A program made the translations under genes and the position numbers. Source: Camelus ferus (lineage: Eukaryota). Taken from it: DNA of 64,000 nt. The stretch's first letter is position 1. Every line of letters starts with the position of its first letter. Under the pieces are notes generated by a model, which had not been told where the DNA came from, did no database searches, and worked only from the letters and a program-made list of their open reading frames with translations. Shown here piece by piece: positions 37,201 to 50,860 of the stretch. The DNA lies in NCBI RefSeq assembly GCF_009834535.1, contig NC_045697.1:94304001-94368000 (forward strand), given 5' to 3'.

Positions 37201-39049
37201 GTCAGCTGGAAAAATTAAAATATCAGAATAATTATTTTTTAAATGTGAACTTTTCTGGTTTGAAAAGATACAGCAAGAAAGTTGAGCAATTTTATATTAA
37301 ATTAAATTTTTTCTTTACTTGGATCTAGCTCCACCATTCCATGATACAAATATGTAATACTGGTAAGAGAATTAAAGTCCAGAAAGATCAAATCCAGTTA
37401 CTTATCTCCAACATTTATTATGAAGAATTCAAATAATATACCTTAACGTTAAGCCCCCTTTGTTGAGTGAAGCAAACACAGATTTATTGCTTTTATTTAT
37501 AAATTAACATGAAACTGATTTGCACAATTAGGGACAAAAAATTTCTAAATCAGTAAGTGCTTCCTTTACAACACTAGTGTTTTTCAAGTTTGTATTCTAA
37601 AGTTTGTAATGTTATTCAGAACTAAATTTGAGTTCATTTTGTTAATTATTGGCAGTTCCTTTGGAAAACATTCATTTGAATGTAAATGACTAATCAAATA
37701 CAATATAATGCAACTAACTTTACATATATTACTCAACTTAAACATCCAACTTCACATATATTACTCACCTTAAAGTAATGTATGTAAGATCAACCTTAAA
37801 GATAAAAATAAAATACTAAATTCAGCAAATGAAACATTTATTTTGTTTTCTGTACCTGTACTCTAAACTATTGCTTTGTTTTCTTAAAATGGAATATTTA
37901 TATGACTATTTCTGAGGTTAGAAAGTTTATATTTTCCCTTATGTTTTCAGTGTTTGTCATTGCCTTTAAACAGTCTTGACTCTTTGAAAGAAGGAAATTT
38001 TGCTGTTTTAGCATCCTTAGCTTCAATTAAATCTCAATTAGTAGAGAATTACAACCAATTTCAGCTTTCAAAACAGTTCACAATTGCTCCAAATACTTGT
38101 TACTATGGGTAACCACAATTTCTATGAAAAATCTCATTCCCTTATCACATCACTTTAAAGGTGAGAAGAAAAGAACAGAAAAAAAGAGGGCAACTTACTA
38201 ACTATTGAGATAACTGAAGTCAGAAGATATAGAACACAAAAATTAATAATTTGTTATGAAGTGCATATGTTTTATACAGCATTTAATAAAACATACTGAT
38301 ATATTTCAATATGAACAGAGAACTGTGCCCAAAGAGATTCTGGTCAAACAGACAAATTGGATTGTAATTCTGTTATCTTGTTGAATCCTCTCACAACCCA
38401 TAATCACAGTGGCATTTAATGTCATTCCTCTCCAGATACCATTACTAGATAGTAAACACACAGATTCAAATACAGCATGGCAAGAAATAAAATTTTGTAC
38501 TCAAAGCAGTCATACAAAAAGAAGGCATAGAATCAATCAATATATTATAATTACAAATGTGAACACAGAAAACATTTATGATCATACTCCTCTGTGTATA
38601 TGTACTGCTTCATCTGAAGCTACTTCTCTTTCACTATTCAAAGTTCAGTTCAAAGTTTACTTCATAAAGTGTTTGCTCTAAAATGGATTTCAGTCATCTC
38701 TTCCTATTATTTTCTTTATCATATTTATTTTTCCTAACAAATATGTTGAAACCATTTCCAGTGCAATCACACACTCTTCTCTAAGTGTTTCTTATGTGGA
38801 TGAGAGAGATGGGAACAAATATTTAATTAATATCCTTTAACTTAATAACAACTTTTTGATACAGGATAATATAACTGATTGGAAGATTATGTCACACTCC
38901 ACAAATGGGAAGACTAAATGGAGAATAAGTGGTGTGGCTTTAATTTTAGAATAGATTCATATAATGAACCCCCCAAAAAAAAAAAAGTCATGTAAATTAT
39001 ATTGGCCATATCAAAGAAAAAAAAAGACAACAACAAAAACAGCAGCAAA

Positions 39050-39250
39050 GAGCATTCATTGGGTCTTTATGTAATGTCAAGTTTTACAGATATTAATATT
39101 CTAACACAAGTATTAGCCCTAGTTTACAAAAGAGGAAAGTGAAACTCAGAGCTTCCATGTAATCAACCAAACTCACTACCTACACAGGGCTCAGACAGAA
39201 TTCAAAAATTAGGTCCAGCATCAAAGCCTGTGCCCACCTTGCTTTACCAT
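39050..39250 (-). mobile_element. MIR SINE
   Basis: 'tattagccctagtttacaaaagaggaaagtgaaactcagag'. Confidence 0.65.
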
Positions 39251-40929
39251 CAGTGTTCTCTTCTCAAAGAAAACACTCAATGAATGCTTGTCTCTCCTGC
39301 AAAGTAATCCTTTGGAGAGCTTGGCCTTCAACCTTTCATCCATGCACTGTCACAGCTACTCAGGTCTGTGATAGAGTACACACTCAGTAAATATTTGTTG
39401 AAGTGAACACGTGTTTTTGAGAAACAGTTTCAGCTCCAAATTAAATATCTGTCACAAGTGTGTAATGCTTTTAAGGGGGTTATAATTTGGATCTCTGAAA
39501 TTATTTATATTTAACTTAAAATACAATTATACTTTCAGAAAAGTATCAGTTAAGTCCATAGAATCCAGAGACTACTCCTTAGTTAAGGCAATTTCATGAA
39601 TAAATACCTAAGAAAAACCAACTTTGATATTCAAGTAGAATACATTCTAATGAATGTTTCTGAATTTTGAAATATGGTAGCTGTACTGTTAGAATAATAA
39701 CACATATACTGGAGGCTTTTATCACGCACATCAGAAAAAAGCTTGGACTCAAACCCATGCTCGGGCTATCAGAGTAGTCTGAGAAATAGCTCTTAATGAC
39801 GCCTGGTCAGTATGTTGTTGCATTTTCATTCTATACATTTCTGATTATTTAACACCATGTTTTAAGGTTTTATCTGTGTGAGGAGGGGGGAAAAAGAACA
39901 ATACTTCAAATCAGTTTAATATTGAAACGGTGATTAGTGCTGCCATGCTATGTGAACAAGGTCTATTATCTACTTGATTTTTAATTACCTTTTTAAAAAA
40001 TACATATATCCTGGGATTTTACTTTCCTTCATTATAGCTGCCAGACCCTGAACTTTTAATTTCAGACTAGTAATTACTATAATATCCCCAGGTTACACCC
40101 TACCCTCTGTTTTTGCAAGATTAATATCATTCTAAACATTTACTTAGGTCTCTTTTTCTGTCTCCCTAGATGACTAACTTAACTCACACTGAATCTTTCT
40201 GTTGCTGCCGTAACAAATTTCAATTTCTCTTCTTCTTAACAATATCCTTCTTAGTGCTAACCACGTTTCCTACTTTATCACTAAATTTTATTGTCAGGAA
40301 GATTCTGCTGTAGAAATTCGATTGTCTGTAAATCTGAGCACCAGTAAAGCTGCTAAAATCATTGTGAGTCTTATTTAACTGTCTGGCACATAAATCAGGT
40401 AGATTTTATTTGATTTCAGTGGGGTATTTTTCTAGACCTTAGAGCTGTAACACATACTGATATTAACTAACCACACATTCAAGTGCACATTACTGCTTCA
40501 AAGAGGAATAATTCATCCAATAAACACAGCTTATCTTTCTAAATGGCAATTATCAAGAAACATGTTCTGAGTAATGTTATTCTGAGTTGGTGATACAAAA
40601 GGAGACTGGAAATTCAAAGCTTCTCAATGTTGCCATTACTTCATTCTGTGACCATGGAAGAGTCCTTAATGCAAAGCATGTCAGATTCTTGTCATATAGC
40701 CTTCCAGTCCATCACTCTGCTGAAAAGTAATGTTTTTATAGTGTTATGGTAATTTATTATTGTTCACATGCCTTTGTACATATGTTAATGCCTTTGTGTT
40801 CTTTTGGTCTACCAACAAACATGTGTAGTAAATATTCTTATAATTATTTTTAAGATTCTAAAATCTGAGATTCACAATGAAAAACAACTTTTCCATAGTA
40901 GAAGAGTTGGTATGGGCCAGAAATCAAGA

Positions 40930-41135
40930 TACACACACACACACACAAACACACATAGACACACATACACAAACCTGTGTTCAAATCTTAGTTTGACCTG
41001 AACCAACTACAATTCTTCAAAAAGAATATGTATGTATATATTGATATATATAAATATATATGTATATATAATGTACAAGTATATGCATATGTATATATGT
41101 CTGTATATACACAGAATTATACACATTTATACACA
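40930..41135. repeat. (CA)n and TA-rich low-complexity tracts
   Basis: Seen directly. Confidence 0.8.
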
Positions 41136-41769
41136 TTCAAAAACATCTACTTATAATTTATTGAGAAAAGTACAAATATGAGTATATACAATAAGATTTT
41201 TCATAAACACTTTCACAAAAATGTTAGAGGCAGAAATAGTAAAGCAATTTGACAAATCCAAATTGATTTCACTAGAAAAAATATCTTTAGAATTTCAATT
41301 CAGATCTCCATATAAAGCTTAACAAAATGTTACCTTCCCCTCTTTGCTTGTCATTGGTTGTTGCTGATCATCTTAGAATCTTTTTAAAGAGACATTTTCA
41401 GGACATTTAAAGGTCCCTTTTTATCCATTGCCCTTGATTTCGTACAAAGCACTCTCTTCAGGTAGTTAAATTTTACCGATGCTGACCGCATTTAGTACTC
41501 TGAAGCTCGTAGTTCTACTCTAAATGGCAGTCAAACCGAAGAAGCTAAAGAATAGAACTCAGTTAGTCTTTATCTTTGTTTGCTTTGTAAAGAATTGCTT
41601 ATAATAGCAATTTATTTCTATTTCCATATGCATGGATACCTTGATTTTGGAAAAGCAAGGTTCACATAAAGAGGACATATCTCAAGTAAGGGAAGCTAGA
41701 TGACATTACTTGAATCCTCACCAGGTTAGAATATTAATGCTACAGTAAGTTCCTAGAATAAACAAACAT

Positions 41770-42560
41770 AAATAAGTTATTAAAAAAATCACATTTTTTT
41801 ATGTGAAATATAAAATAGGATTTAGCTGAAATCAGTAGGGAAGCAGATTTCTATAAAATACAAAAAATCATAGAAAGGAATATATACATACAGATTTAGA
41901 TATAGGTATGTAGTGACAATTCATAATTTCAAAATTAACAATTTAGAAAACCACCATGAGACTATAACCACAAGAGCTTAAGATATTGGATCTATAATAT
42001 ACTGCATACAAAATAATATTTCTAATATGTAAAGAGAAATAGAGGGAATTATAGACATGAATAAGGAACAAGAGATTATCAAAATTGATTAGAAACCTAT
42101 GAACAAGGATTAAGTAGAATTTTAAACATATAAAATATAATCATTGGAATAAAAATTCAATGACTATATGAAATAAATGTGGGGTCATTCATCATCTGAG
42201 TGGTATTGCTAAAAAAACTCAACCAAAATAGAACGTAGAGAGAAAAATACATAAAACAATTTATGAAAGAGGATAATAGAGATGTCTATTTTTACTACTT
42301 CTCTCCAGCAATTACTAAAGGACCTAGAAAATACAGGGAAGAAAACATGATTTAAGAAATTAAAAAATAAGTATATTCAAAGAAAAATATATTCTTGGGC
42401 ACTGATGATATGGTGCCTACTTATGGAATCCAAGATAATTTCCTGACAAATTACAAGAATATATATGCGAATATAGCAATATAGGATTACAATGAAAAAC
42501 TCAATTGCATTTTTATATACCCATAATAAGGAGTTATAACATATTTAATATAAACCAGAT
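41770..42560 (+). mobile_element. Very old L1 (L1ME/HAL1-like) ORF1/ORF2 fragments
   Basis: 'agtagaatttttaaacatataaaatataatcattggaataaaaattcaatga' (ORF1-like); 'aaaaactcaattgcatttttatatacc' (ORF2-like). Confidence 0.55.
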
Positions 42561-42681
42561 AGATGATAGATAGCTAGGAAAATAGATAGATCTTCACACA
42601 TATATATACATTCATATATACTAAGCACACATATGAATAAAAGCCTGTCTCTTGTTGCTAGTTTGATTTTCTTTCCACACT

Positions 42682-43033
42682 AAGTTCTCCCTGAGTATCA
42701 GTTGGGGTTGGTTCCAGGACCCTCTGTGGATTACAAAATGTGAGAATGCTCAAGTCCTTTATATAAAATGGTGTAGTATTTGCATATGATCTATGCACAT
42801 CCTCCAGTATACTTTAAATTATCTCTAGATTACTTATCATACCTGATACCCTGCAAATGTATGTAAATATTTGTAAATACAATGTCAATGCTATGTATAA
42901 AGTTGCCAGCATCCTGCAAATTCAAATTTTGCTTTTTGGAACTTTCTGGCTTTTTGTTTTTTTAAAGAATATCTTTAATCCAAGATTGGTTGAATCTGTG
43001 GATGCAGTACCCGCAGATAAAGAAGGCCAGCTG
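42682..43033 (+). mobile_element. MER2/MER2B (TcMar-Tigger) DNA transposon
   Basis: 'ttggttccaggaccc...gctcaagtcctttatataaaatggtgtagtatttgcat...ttggttgaatctgtggatgcagtacccgcagata..gaaggccagctg'. Confidence 0.88.
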
Positions 43034-43529
43034 CACATTGAAATTTACAGGACAAATCTTGATATTTAAATTCCATTAGTTGCTAAAAGGAGTAATTCAC
43101 TTTATGATATAATTATTTAAATTAATGGAATGTTTAGCAAAACCAACTTGTCAAAAGCATTGGCTTGGTCGTATCTATTATTTGCTTTAACAGGTCAACC
43201 AAAGAACATATTTTTACTGTCCAGAGACATATTAAAAATAAGGTCTCTTTTTTTAATAAGATTTACTGTAAAAGCATTATTTGGAACTAGAGAGGATGTA
43301 TACATAAGGGTATTGATTGGAACACAAATATGTTGAGTATGTTCAACCCACCATATAAAAATATCCCTATTTCCCTTTGATTAGGGTGAACCATACACAA
43401 ATTGATGATAGTAGCTTGTATAAAATATCATGAGACTAGAAAATATTAATTTATGTATGTAGATTTGAGTTTCCAGCATGTGTTACTCTGTGTTGTATTA
43501 CACTGGTAAATTACACTTAAGTATTCATT

Positions 43530-43750
43530 TAATTAAACTAACACTTATGAAGCTAAATTTTTTTCTATGCTATGCATTTTTGTTTGTATCTCATTTAATC
43601 CTCACTGCAATCCAATGTGACATAGTGCATCATACACATTTTAAATAGGAAACTTAACTGTAAAGCAAGTAAGTTGACTGGTTTGAATTAACATTGACAG
43701 AGAGCAAGTAAGTAGCAGAAATGACACTGAAAATCATTTCTCAATAACTA
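43530..43750 (-). mobile_element. MIR SINE
   Basis: 'tatctcatttaatcctcactgcaatccaatgtga...cattttaaataggaaact'. Confidence 0.65.
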
Positions 43751-44059
43751 CATAAAGAGTTATTAGATTGACTGTTTTCACTTTACCACAACAGATTAAT
43801 ACATAAAAAAAGCAACATGGCAGTTTTGCATTCATTTGTTATTGCCCAATTGTTATTTCTAAAAAGAAGTTAAATATAAAAAGACAGTAACTATTCATTT
43901 TCAACACTGAATACACTGTCATGGCACCTATCCCACTGTAGTGTCTGTTTCATGGTAGGCAATTAATAGATATTTACTAGAAATTTGCTCTCATGAGCTT
44001 TGTGATTTTCACCATTACATTTTATTTTTGTTTGTTGAGATAATTTGTTAGATGATTTA

Positions 44060-44930
44060 TTCAACAATCCATTCACTTATTCTGTTAGTGAACAAATACT
44101 TACTGAGGTCTGTACCACATGCCAGACAATGTTTTAATTGCTAGCTTAAGTGAGGTTAAACTGGTGAATAAAAATAAACATACCAATCTGCACCGTGCTT
44201 ATAATATGATGGAGAAAATTGATTAAATATTCATAAACATGTAAAAAAGTAACTATAATAAATGGTATATACTTGGTTATATAAGAGTCAATAACTCAGG
44301 GATAGACTTAGGTACAGAGGTCCAAGAAGATTTCCCTGAAAATATTACGTTTTGGCTGATGTCTAACTGGTTGTCTGGAAGAAACGTCCATCCCAGGCAG
44401 AGAAAAGATGTGGACAAAGATTAAAATGTGCATGGTAAGGAAGAGGGACTAAAAGGTCAGTGTGCAGACAGAAAAGGAGCAAAGATTGATGAGGATGTTG
44501 AGGTAGGCAAAGATCAAATCATAAAAACTTATAGGTCATGTTAATTTTGGTCATAATTCCATTAGCCATGAGAAGCTGCTAAAGAATTTTAAGCCCTGGT
44601 ATGACATGATCAGATTTAAATTTGAAAAAAAAAATCTCTAGAAGTTGTGTGAAGAATTCAAGGAAAGCCAGGTGAACAGGTAGAGGAAATTCACTATTCT
44701 GGGAGCCTAAGTGAAAGATAGTATTTCCTGAGACTGTGTAATAAAAACAGGAAAAGAGAGAAACAAATAGTTTCAGGAGAAAGAGCTATGATGGATAGAA
44801 CCTAGTGATGCGTTTGTTATATGGAGCTGAGAGAAAGCGATCTTGGTTGAATCCTTGGTGTTTTGCTTGAGCAACTGAGTGAAGAATGGTGTCTTTGACG
44901 AAGATTTGACATCAGGAAATGATTTTGAAA
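44060..44930 (-). mobile_element. L2 3' region
   Basis: 'cattcacttattc...aacaaatacttactgagg...atgccagacaatgtt', 'tgacatgatcagattt', 'gcttgagcaactgagtgaagaatggtg'. Confidence 0.85.
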
Positions 44931-46799
44931 TTTCTGTGTGTGCGTGTGTGTGTGTGTTTGTGTGTGTTAGAGGGGGTACAGCTTGTGCATTTTAAATCTT
45001 CACTCTGAATTTGGCTATCAGTACTCATCTGAACAGCTTATATTAAAAAAGGGAGTCACTTAAGACTAATTAGAATAAAAAAACTTTATGGTGCCATTAT
45101 AGTTCAGTTGTATTTTAATTGGTCCTTTAAAATAACTTATATAGACAAAACTGATTATATGGAGCTTAAAAGTAAAGCCAGTGAAGATAAATCAATAATA
45201 GAAATTTAAAACTTCACCTCAATTGGTGATAGCATCTAGGGAAAATTATCAACTTCTAGATATAAAAATAAATATGTAATATTCAGCTATGGACCCATCA
45301 ATACAATCTGACCATTACTGTTCCTCATAGTGGAATATAACTCTGCTTCACATACAGTTATATGCAGATTTAAAAATTAATCAATTTGTGCATTTAAGAT
45401 GTTTACACTTTATGGTTATGTCTCAATAAACCTTTAAAAAAAGTTTCTTGATTATTCAAATTAGTCAGGTGCCAATAACTTCTTAATTGTTTATTCCTTT
45501 ACTGAAGAGAATCCATTTTCAATATTAGCTGTATAAAGAAAGAAAGTTATCTAAAGTTTGCAAGTCTATATATTACCCACAATGTATGAAAATTATAAGT
45601 CAATTAGTGGACTTGGTTTCATTTTTCAGATATCTCTGTTAACAAAAAAGCATTTAAATTAGTGTTAATGTTAGAGCAAATTTTAAACTTTTTAGTAGTC
45701 CTTCGATTTAATGATATCTATGTTAACATTCATAGCTTGAAAAACATGAGTGTTTTGATGGTCTTCTGTTTTCAAAACATTGTTAAAATGATGTAAAGTA
45801 TATTCTTTTGAGGGAAAGATATGTGTATATATCTTTGTTATATATATAGGTAAGACTGCTTTAAGGCAAAAAATAATAATCATTGAGTGAACCATCTGAT
45901 GATTATGAATAAAAATTCAGAAAACTTTCCATTCTTAAATGTCTCCCTTATCACATTTAATTTCTAAACTATATTCCCCCCAACTTCCAGTACATGTCAG
46001 CTACATAATTCAGCGTGTAAGAAGCAGATTCTCACTATCTTACAGCCAGAGAGCAGAGAGGTCCAAGATTACCCTTTGAAACAGCAAGCACAAAATAAGG
46101 CAAAAGACAAAAGACTATAAAACATGGGGAAAAGAAGAGTCCATAGTCTAGAAGGTTGCTTTGTAATGACCATTCTGGGCTTTGGTGGTCACCTCATCCA
46201 CCTGCAGTCAAATGTAGCACTTGGCTTTTCCTCCTTTTCCTGCTGTTAGTTTTTATTTGTCTATATAACTTAGGGTTTGTATCATTCATGAAAAGGACAA
46301 ATGAATATTATTTGTAGTCATTTTGAATATAGATATTAATAATATAAAAGATAAATGAGATAAAAATTGATGAAAAGGTTTGGCTTGGTTGCATTGGGTG
46401 CCTTTTTAGAATTTATAACTTTTAAGAATAAGTTCTATTGAAATGCAATGAAATAAAAAATAAAATGATATGTAGTGAGCTGAGCAGTAGACTTTTTTGA
46501 ATCTTGGTATCAAAAAACTAATTGAATCAAGATAAGGGACAAAGACCTAAAATTGAGTTTTAAGCCTGAAAGTTGTTTCAGGCAGTTTAGACAAGTCCAT
46601 GTTCCCAGGTTCCATCTGGAAGATGGAAGATTCCATTTCCTAGTAGACAAATTCTCTACCCTTGTGGATAGAAATGTGACTGGGTCAGTCAAGGTGAAAC
46701 CTAAGGCAGGGGCTCCAATTGCTGAGATCTAAGGGCAGTTATTGCATAAATGAACAACCTTTCTATTCATATATATATATCTGCCAACTTCTAAAAGTA

Positions 46800-47410
46800 T
46801 GATTGAGCAGTTTGAGAGAGATGAGTATTCCCACTGAGAACAATTGTTTAGCGATCCCTAATAATGTGGAACTTACAGAGTCAGTAGTTTCACCCCTAGA
46901 GGTGTACCAACAGATATGTGCATATTCACGCACAAAAGATATGTACAAGATTGATTATAATATCTTTGTTCATAATTGCCCCAAACTGGAAACAAACAGA
47001 ATGTGCATATATGGAATGTAAAATGGAATAATGGAATACAATTGAGCAATTAAAAGGAACCATCTTTGCTAGATGCAGTAACATAAATGAATCCCCCAGG
47101 TAATACTGATCCAGAGAAGCCAGACACACCAAATACTTTCTATATAATACCATTTACATCAAGTACCAAAATTGTAAAACTAGCCTATGGTGATAGAAAT
47201 TAAAATAGTGACTAGCTTCTGGAAGTATGTTAACAGGCAATATATATTAATATCCCAAGTGAGGTGTCTGGGTTGCTGGAACTGTTTTATTCCTTTTCTG
47301 CATGGTGTTAATGTGCGTATGTTCACTTTGTAAAAAGTCATCAAGCTATACATTTATGATCTGCACACTTTTCTGTGCATATGTTACATATAACTTTTAT
47401 CTGAAGAATT
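46800..47410 (+). mobile_element. Old L1 (L1ME-type) 3' end
   Basis: 'tttgttcataattgccccaaactggaaacaaac', 'agaagccagacac', 'tatggtgatagaaatt', 'gttcactttgtaaaaagtcatcaagct'. Confidence 0.85.
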
Positions 47411-47479
47411 AAAAAGAGTTACTTAAAGAAATGCTTTAGGGACTTTTCAAGTTTGTCCCAAAATTCTTTTTTCAAATTA

Positions 47480-48260
47480 TAGAAACACAATCTTGCAGTT
47501 AGTTGTTGGAATGTCTTATACATTAACTCCAATCGCTAGCATTCAGACTTTCACACATTTCATTTTTTTAGTGACAGGAAACCCATTATGTCCCAAGTTA
47601 GTTCATTCATGTTTGATAAGCTCTAATGTGTAGGTGAGTCTTATAAAACAAAACTGTCTGCCTTTAATCATTCTAGAATATTCCCTCTATCCTGTAGATC
47701 TACACAAACTATAAAATCCACTCCTATACAGTCCAGACTTCCAAATTCTTACGGTGTTGCTGGTTCTCCTTAGGATCCTGTCTTTACTTGGCTGATGGAT
47801 CTATTTTCTCCCATTTTCTTTACAAGATGTACTTTCAAAAGATTTCTCCATTCTGGTTACTCCTCTCCAGTCACCAACATTTCAACTAGGAGCTGAATCT
47901 CAGTTAAATTCATTAGGTGCAATACATGCAGCAAAGACATTAATTGAACCATCATCTCCAATGATTTGAATTTGGCAGTAATTTCACTTTGCAGCCAGTG
48001 ATCCCATTGGCTTGGCTGGCAGCCTTACCACTCTGATGACTTTGAGCTAACAGTCAAATAGAGCTGCTGAGTCTTTTACATGCTAACTGATACCAGAGCT
48101 TTTCCATGTGGAGACTGTTTTCTCAGACATGAGTTCAGAGGTTTCTTTCATGTGTAATAAACTTCATATTGTTAGGGCTCTTCATTTCAGCACCTGAGAT
48201 AATTCTCCATTAATGTTTACCTTCCCTGCTTTCCTTCACCAAACAGTTGGTAAATATTTT
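47480..48260 (-). mobile_element. CR1/L3 LINE fragment
   Basis: 'atgcagccagtgatcccattggcttggctggcagcc..accactctgatgactttgagct..cagtcaaa...gagtcttttacatg' resembles antisense L3 RT. Confidence 0.55.
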
Positions 48261-48359
48261 CTTGTCTTTATTTTTGTTTTTGATAACAATGTTGCACAGA
48301 ACCTAATACTTAATCTGTTATCTCTAAATATAATTTCTCACCATAAGAAGAAACAGCAG

Positions 48360-49460
48360 ATTCTGGATCTGCTACAAAAAATTAAAAACCTGGAACATCT
48401 TGTTATATAGGAAAAAAATATATCAACAGCTAATGACCATAACTGGTAAAAAATAGAATTTGAGCATCAATAAACATAATTCAAATTGGAGTATAACAGG
48501 TATGTTTAAGTCTATGAATCCATAATATCATAGTAAAGAAACTCTTATTGGTCACATTTGGAGGAAATAGCAAACCAAATCTTTATTTTAAAATTGAAAA
48601 ATAAATGAAAAATCTAACTAAACCTCTGAACTAATTTGTTTACTTACTTCAGCTAATGGGAAGTTTATAAAGGGAAATTTCTCTTTTTGGAAGTTTTTGG
48701 CTGACAAATGGGGAGGCAATGACAGAGCTGGAGTGCCATGGCTTTCCCATCCCTAACGGGTCAGCATTCTTTGTGGTGATCACAGGGAAATGACTGCTCT
48801 CTAAAGAGAGACACGACATTGTATATCACCTGATGGAGGTGCAGAGCCCACCAATGAAGTAATTTATAAAAAGATCAAAACTAAATCTGCTCAAGCTTCC
48901 AGACCTAACTACCCTTTTATCAGAAGTCAGAGATAAAGGATCTGGAACACAACCAGCAAAATCTATACTGTGGAAAACTCTAGGGAAAAAAATGTGATGC
49001 TGCTTCTTCTGTGACAAAGTTACAAGGACGGAAAGGACGATTAAGAGGAACCTACACTATACTTCAACAAAAAAAGAATAAAAAAAAAGAGGAACCTATA
49101 GATTAAAAAGAGGCTTGAGAGACATAACAGCCAATCACAACATATAGAACTTATTTAGATCTTGATCTAAACAAACACACAGAAAAGTAGTGTTTTTAAA
49201 ATAAGGGTTTATAAATAGGGATACTAGCTAGATTTTTGGTGATCTTAAAATACCACTGTTAAAATTTAAAGATACAATAGCAGTACTGTGGGTGCCATCA
49301 GATGATGTCTGCAATTTACTTCAAAGCAAGAGATGTCTTAAAATGATAATTTAAAAACTGGGTGGCAAGTACATAATAATTCATTATATTATTCTCTTAA
49401 TTTTGGTATATGTTTGAAATTTTCCATAATGAAATTTTATATAATAAAAATATTTTTAAA
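48360..49460 (+). mobile_element. L1MC-type 3' end
   Basis: 'aacctggaacatcttgtt', 'tagaatttgagcatcaa', 'atagattaaaaagaggcttgagagacata', 'tgtttgaaattttccataat'. Confidence 0.75.
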
Positions 49461-49919
49461 CTATGTTCTTCTCACTGTGCTTTGAGACAATTAAAGGTTT
49501 AAAGTGCCAAACTTCCATAAGGTACAGATGTGAAGAACAGAATAATTACTTATAAAATGTAAAAAACACCACCTGCAGAGGTATTTAGTAAGTTAGGATG
49601 TAAAACAGAAACTTGAATGCCTCACTTAGCCAAGGTAGGATTAGTAGAAATTTTTTCTCTCTGTAAATTAATAGAAGAACATTTTGCAGAGGAGGGAGTT
49701 TAATTGCTATATTATTTCAGTGTTTAATTGGAGAGTTACTGGCAAATGATGAAAGGTACAATTTAGCTGAAGAGAATAAAATTCATATACAATTGGGAGT
49801 AGATAAAGCAACTTTCGCAATATTGTAAGGTTGAGCTCTTCTTACCGCTCACATCTTGTCTTCACTATCAAATTCCCAGAGTGACCTTCCACTCAAAGCA
49901 GATCCCTCCCTACTGCTCA

Positions 49920-50285
49920 GTCTCATGGTTCTCAAACTGCTGTGTCCTGGGGTACCCTGTGGTGCCACAGCCAACTCACAGGGTCACCGCTGGGGAGTTT
50001 AATTTCTTAGTTTAGACCACAGCAACATCTGCCAGACACCAAACAGACTAGTCATGTTAATTTTTTGGAGCTAACCTATTAATGAACAAAATTATTAGTT
50101 GTTTCTTTTTGTGTAGTGGTGCCATGAGCCAAGAATGTCTGGAAACCTCTGTCTTAATCACAGTTAAGGGACTCTGCTCAATCTCAAAAGGTATATAAAT
50201 ATTTATATAAATTAAGCTTGTTTTTGTCTCTTCCACTGTTGAGTGTTCCAATCCCCACTGTAAAACCTGTGGCTAACAGAGTGCT
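49920..50285. mobile_element. hAT-Charlie DNA transposon fragment
   Basis: 'tggttctcaaactg...gtgccacagccaactcacaggg...cacagcaacatctgccagacacc'. Confidence 0.6.
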
Positions 50286-50649
50286 GTGAACACAATAGGG
50301 TTTATATGCTTATTTACTTATTTAATCTATTGAATATATGAATGAACTGGTTAGATGAATACATGAATACCTAGTGAAGGAATCTGAAGCAATAAACAGA
50401 CAAAAAAAAAAATCACAGTGAGTCTTTTGATATGGAAAGAAGAAGGTATAACACTAAGTAAAACGTTGTAACAAAATATTTCATAGTAAAATTCAAGAGA
50501 TAGAAACTCTGACCAGATAAGAAAGCACTGATGGTTAAGAGAGACAGAGACAAGGGGCCAAACATGAAAATAGTATAATAAATACAAAAGATAAACAACT
50601 AAAGCAGGAATGAATAGGGGTAAAAAATGAGAGAAAGTAGGAACACTTT

Positions 50650-50860
50650 CAAGTGGTTAGCATTTGACCCACACAGCTAGGAGTCCTCTGTATTCTGTTC
50701 CATCCGCTCTTCCTAACAGTTCTCTACAGCAGATACTGCCATCCTCATCTGAAAATGGGTGAAATGAAGCTCACAGGAGATAACTAAATCATAGGTGTTC
50801 ATTTAGTTCTAAGCAATGAAGTCAGAATTGGGACATAGATCTCTTTAATAATTTTTTCCT
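50650..50860 (-). mobile_element. MIR SINE
   Basis: 'agatactgccatcctcatctgaaaatgggtgaaatgaagctcacagg'. Confidence 0.6.

Noticed and set aside
37716..37774. 27-bp direct repeat as a CRISPR-like array
   Set aside because: Only two units with a 5-bp gap in mammalian DNA; a simple tandem duplication
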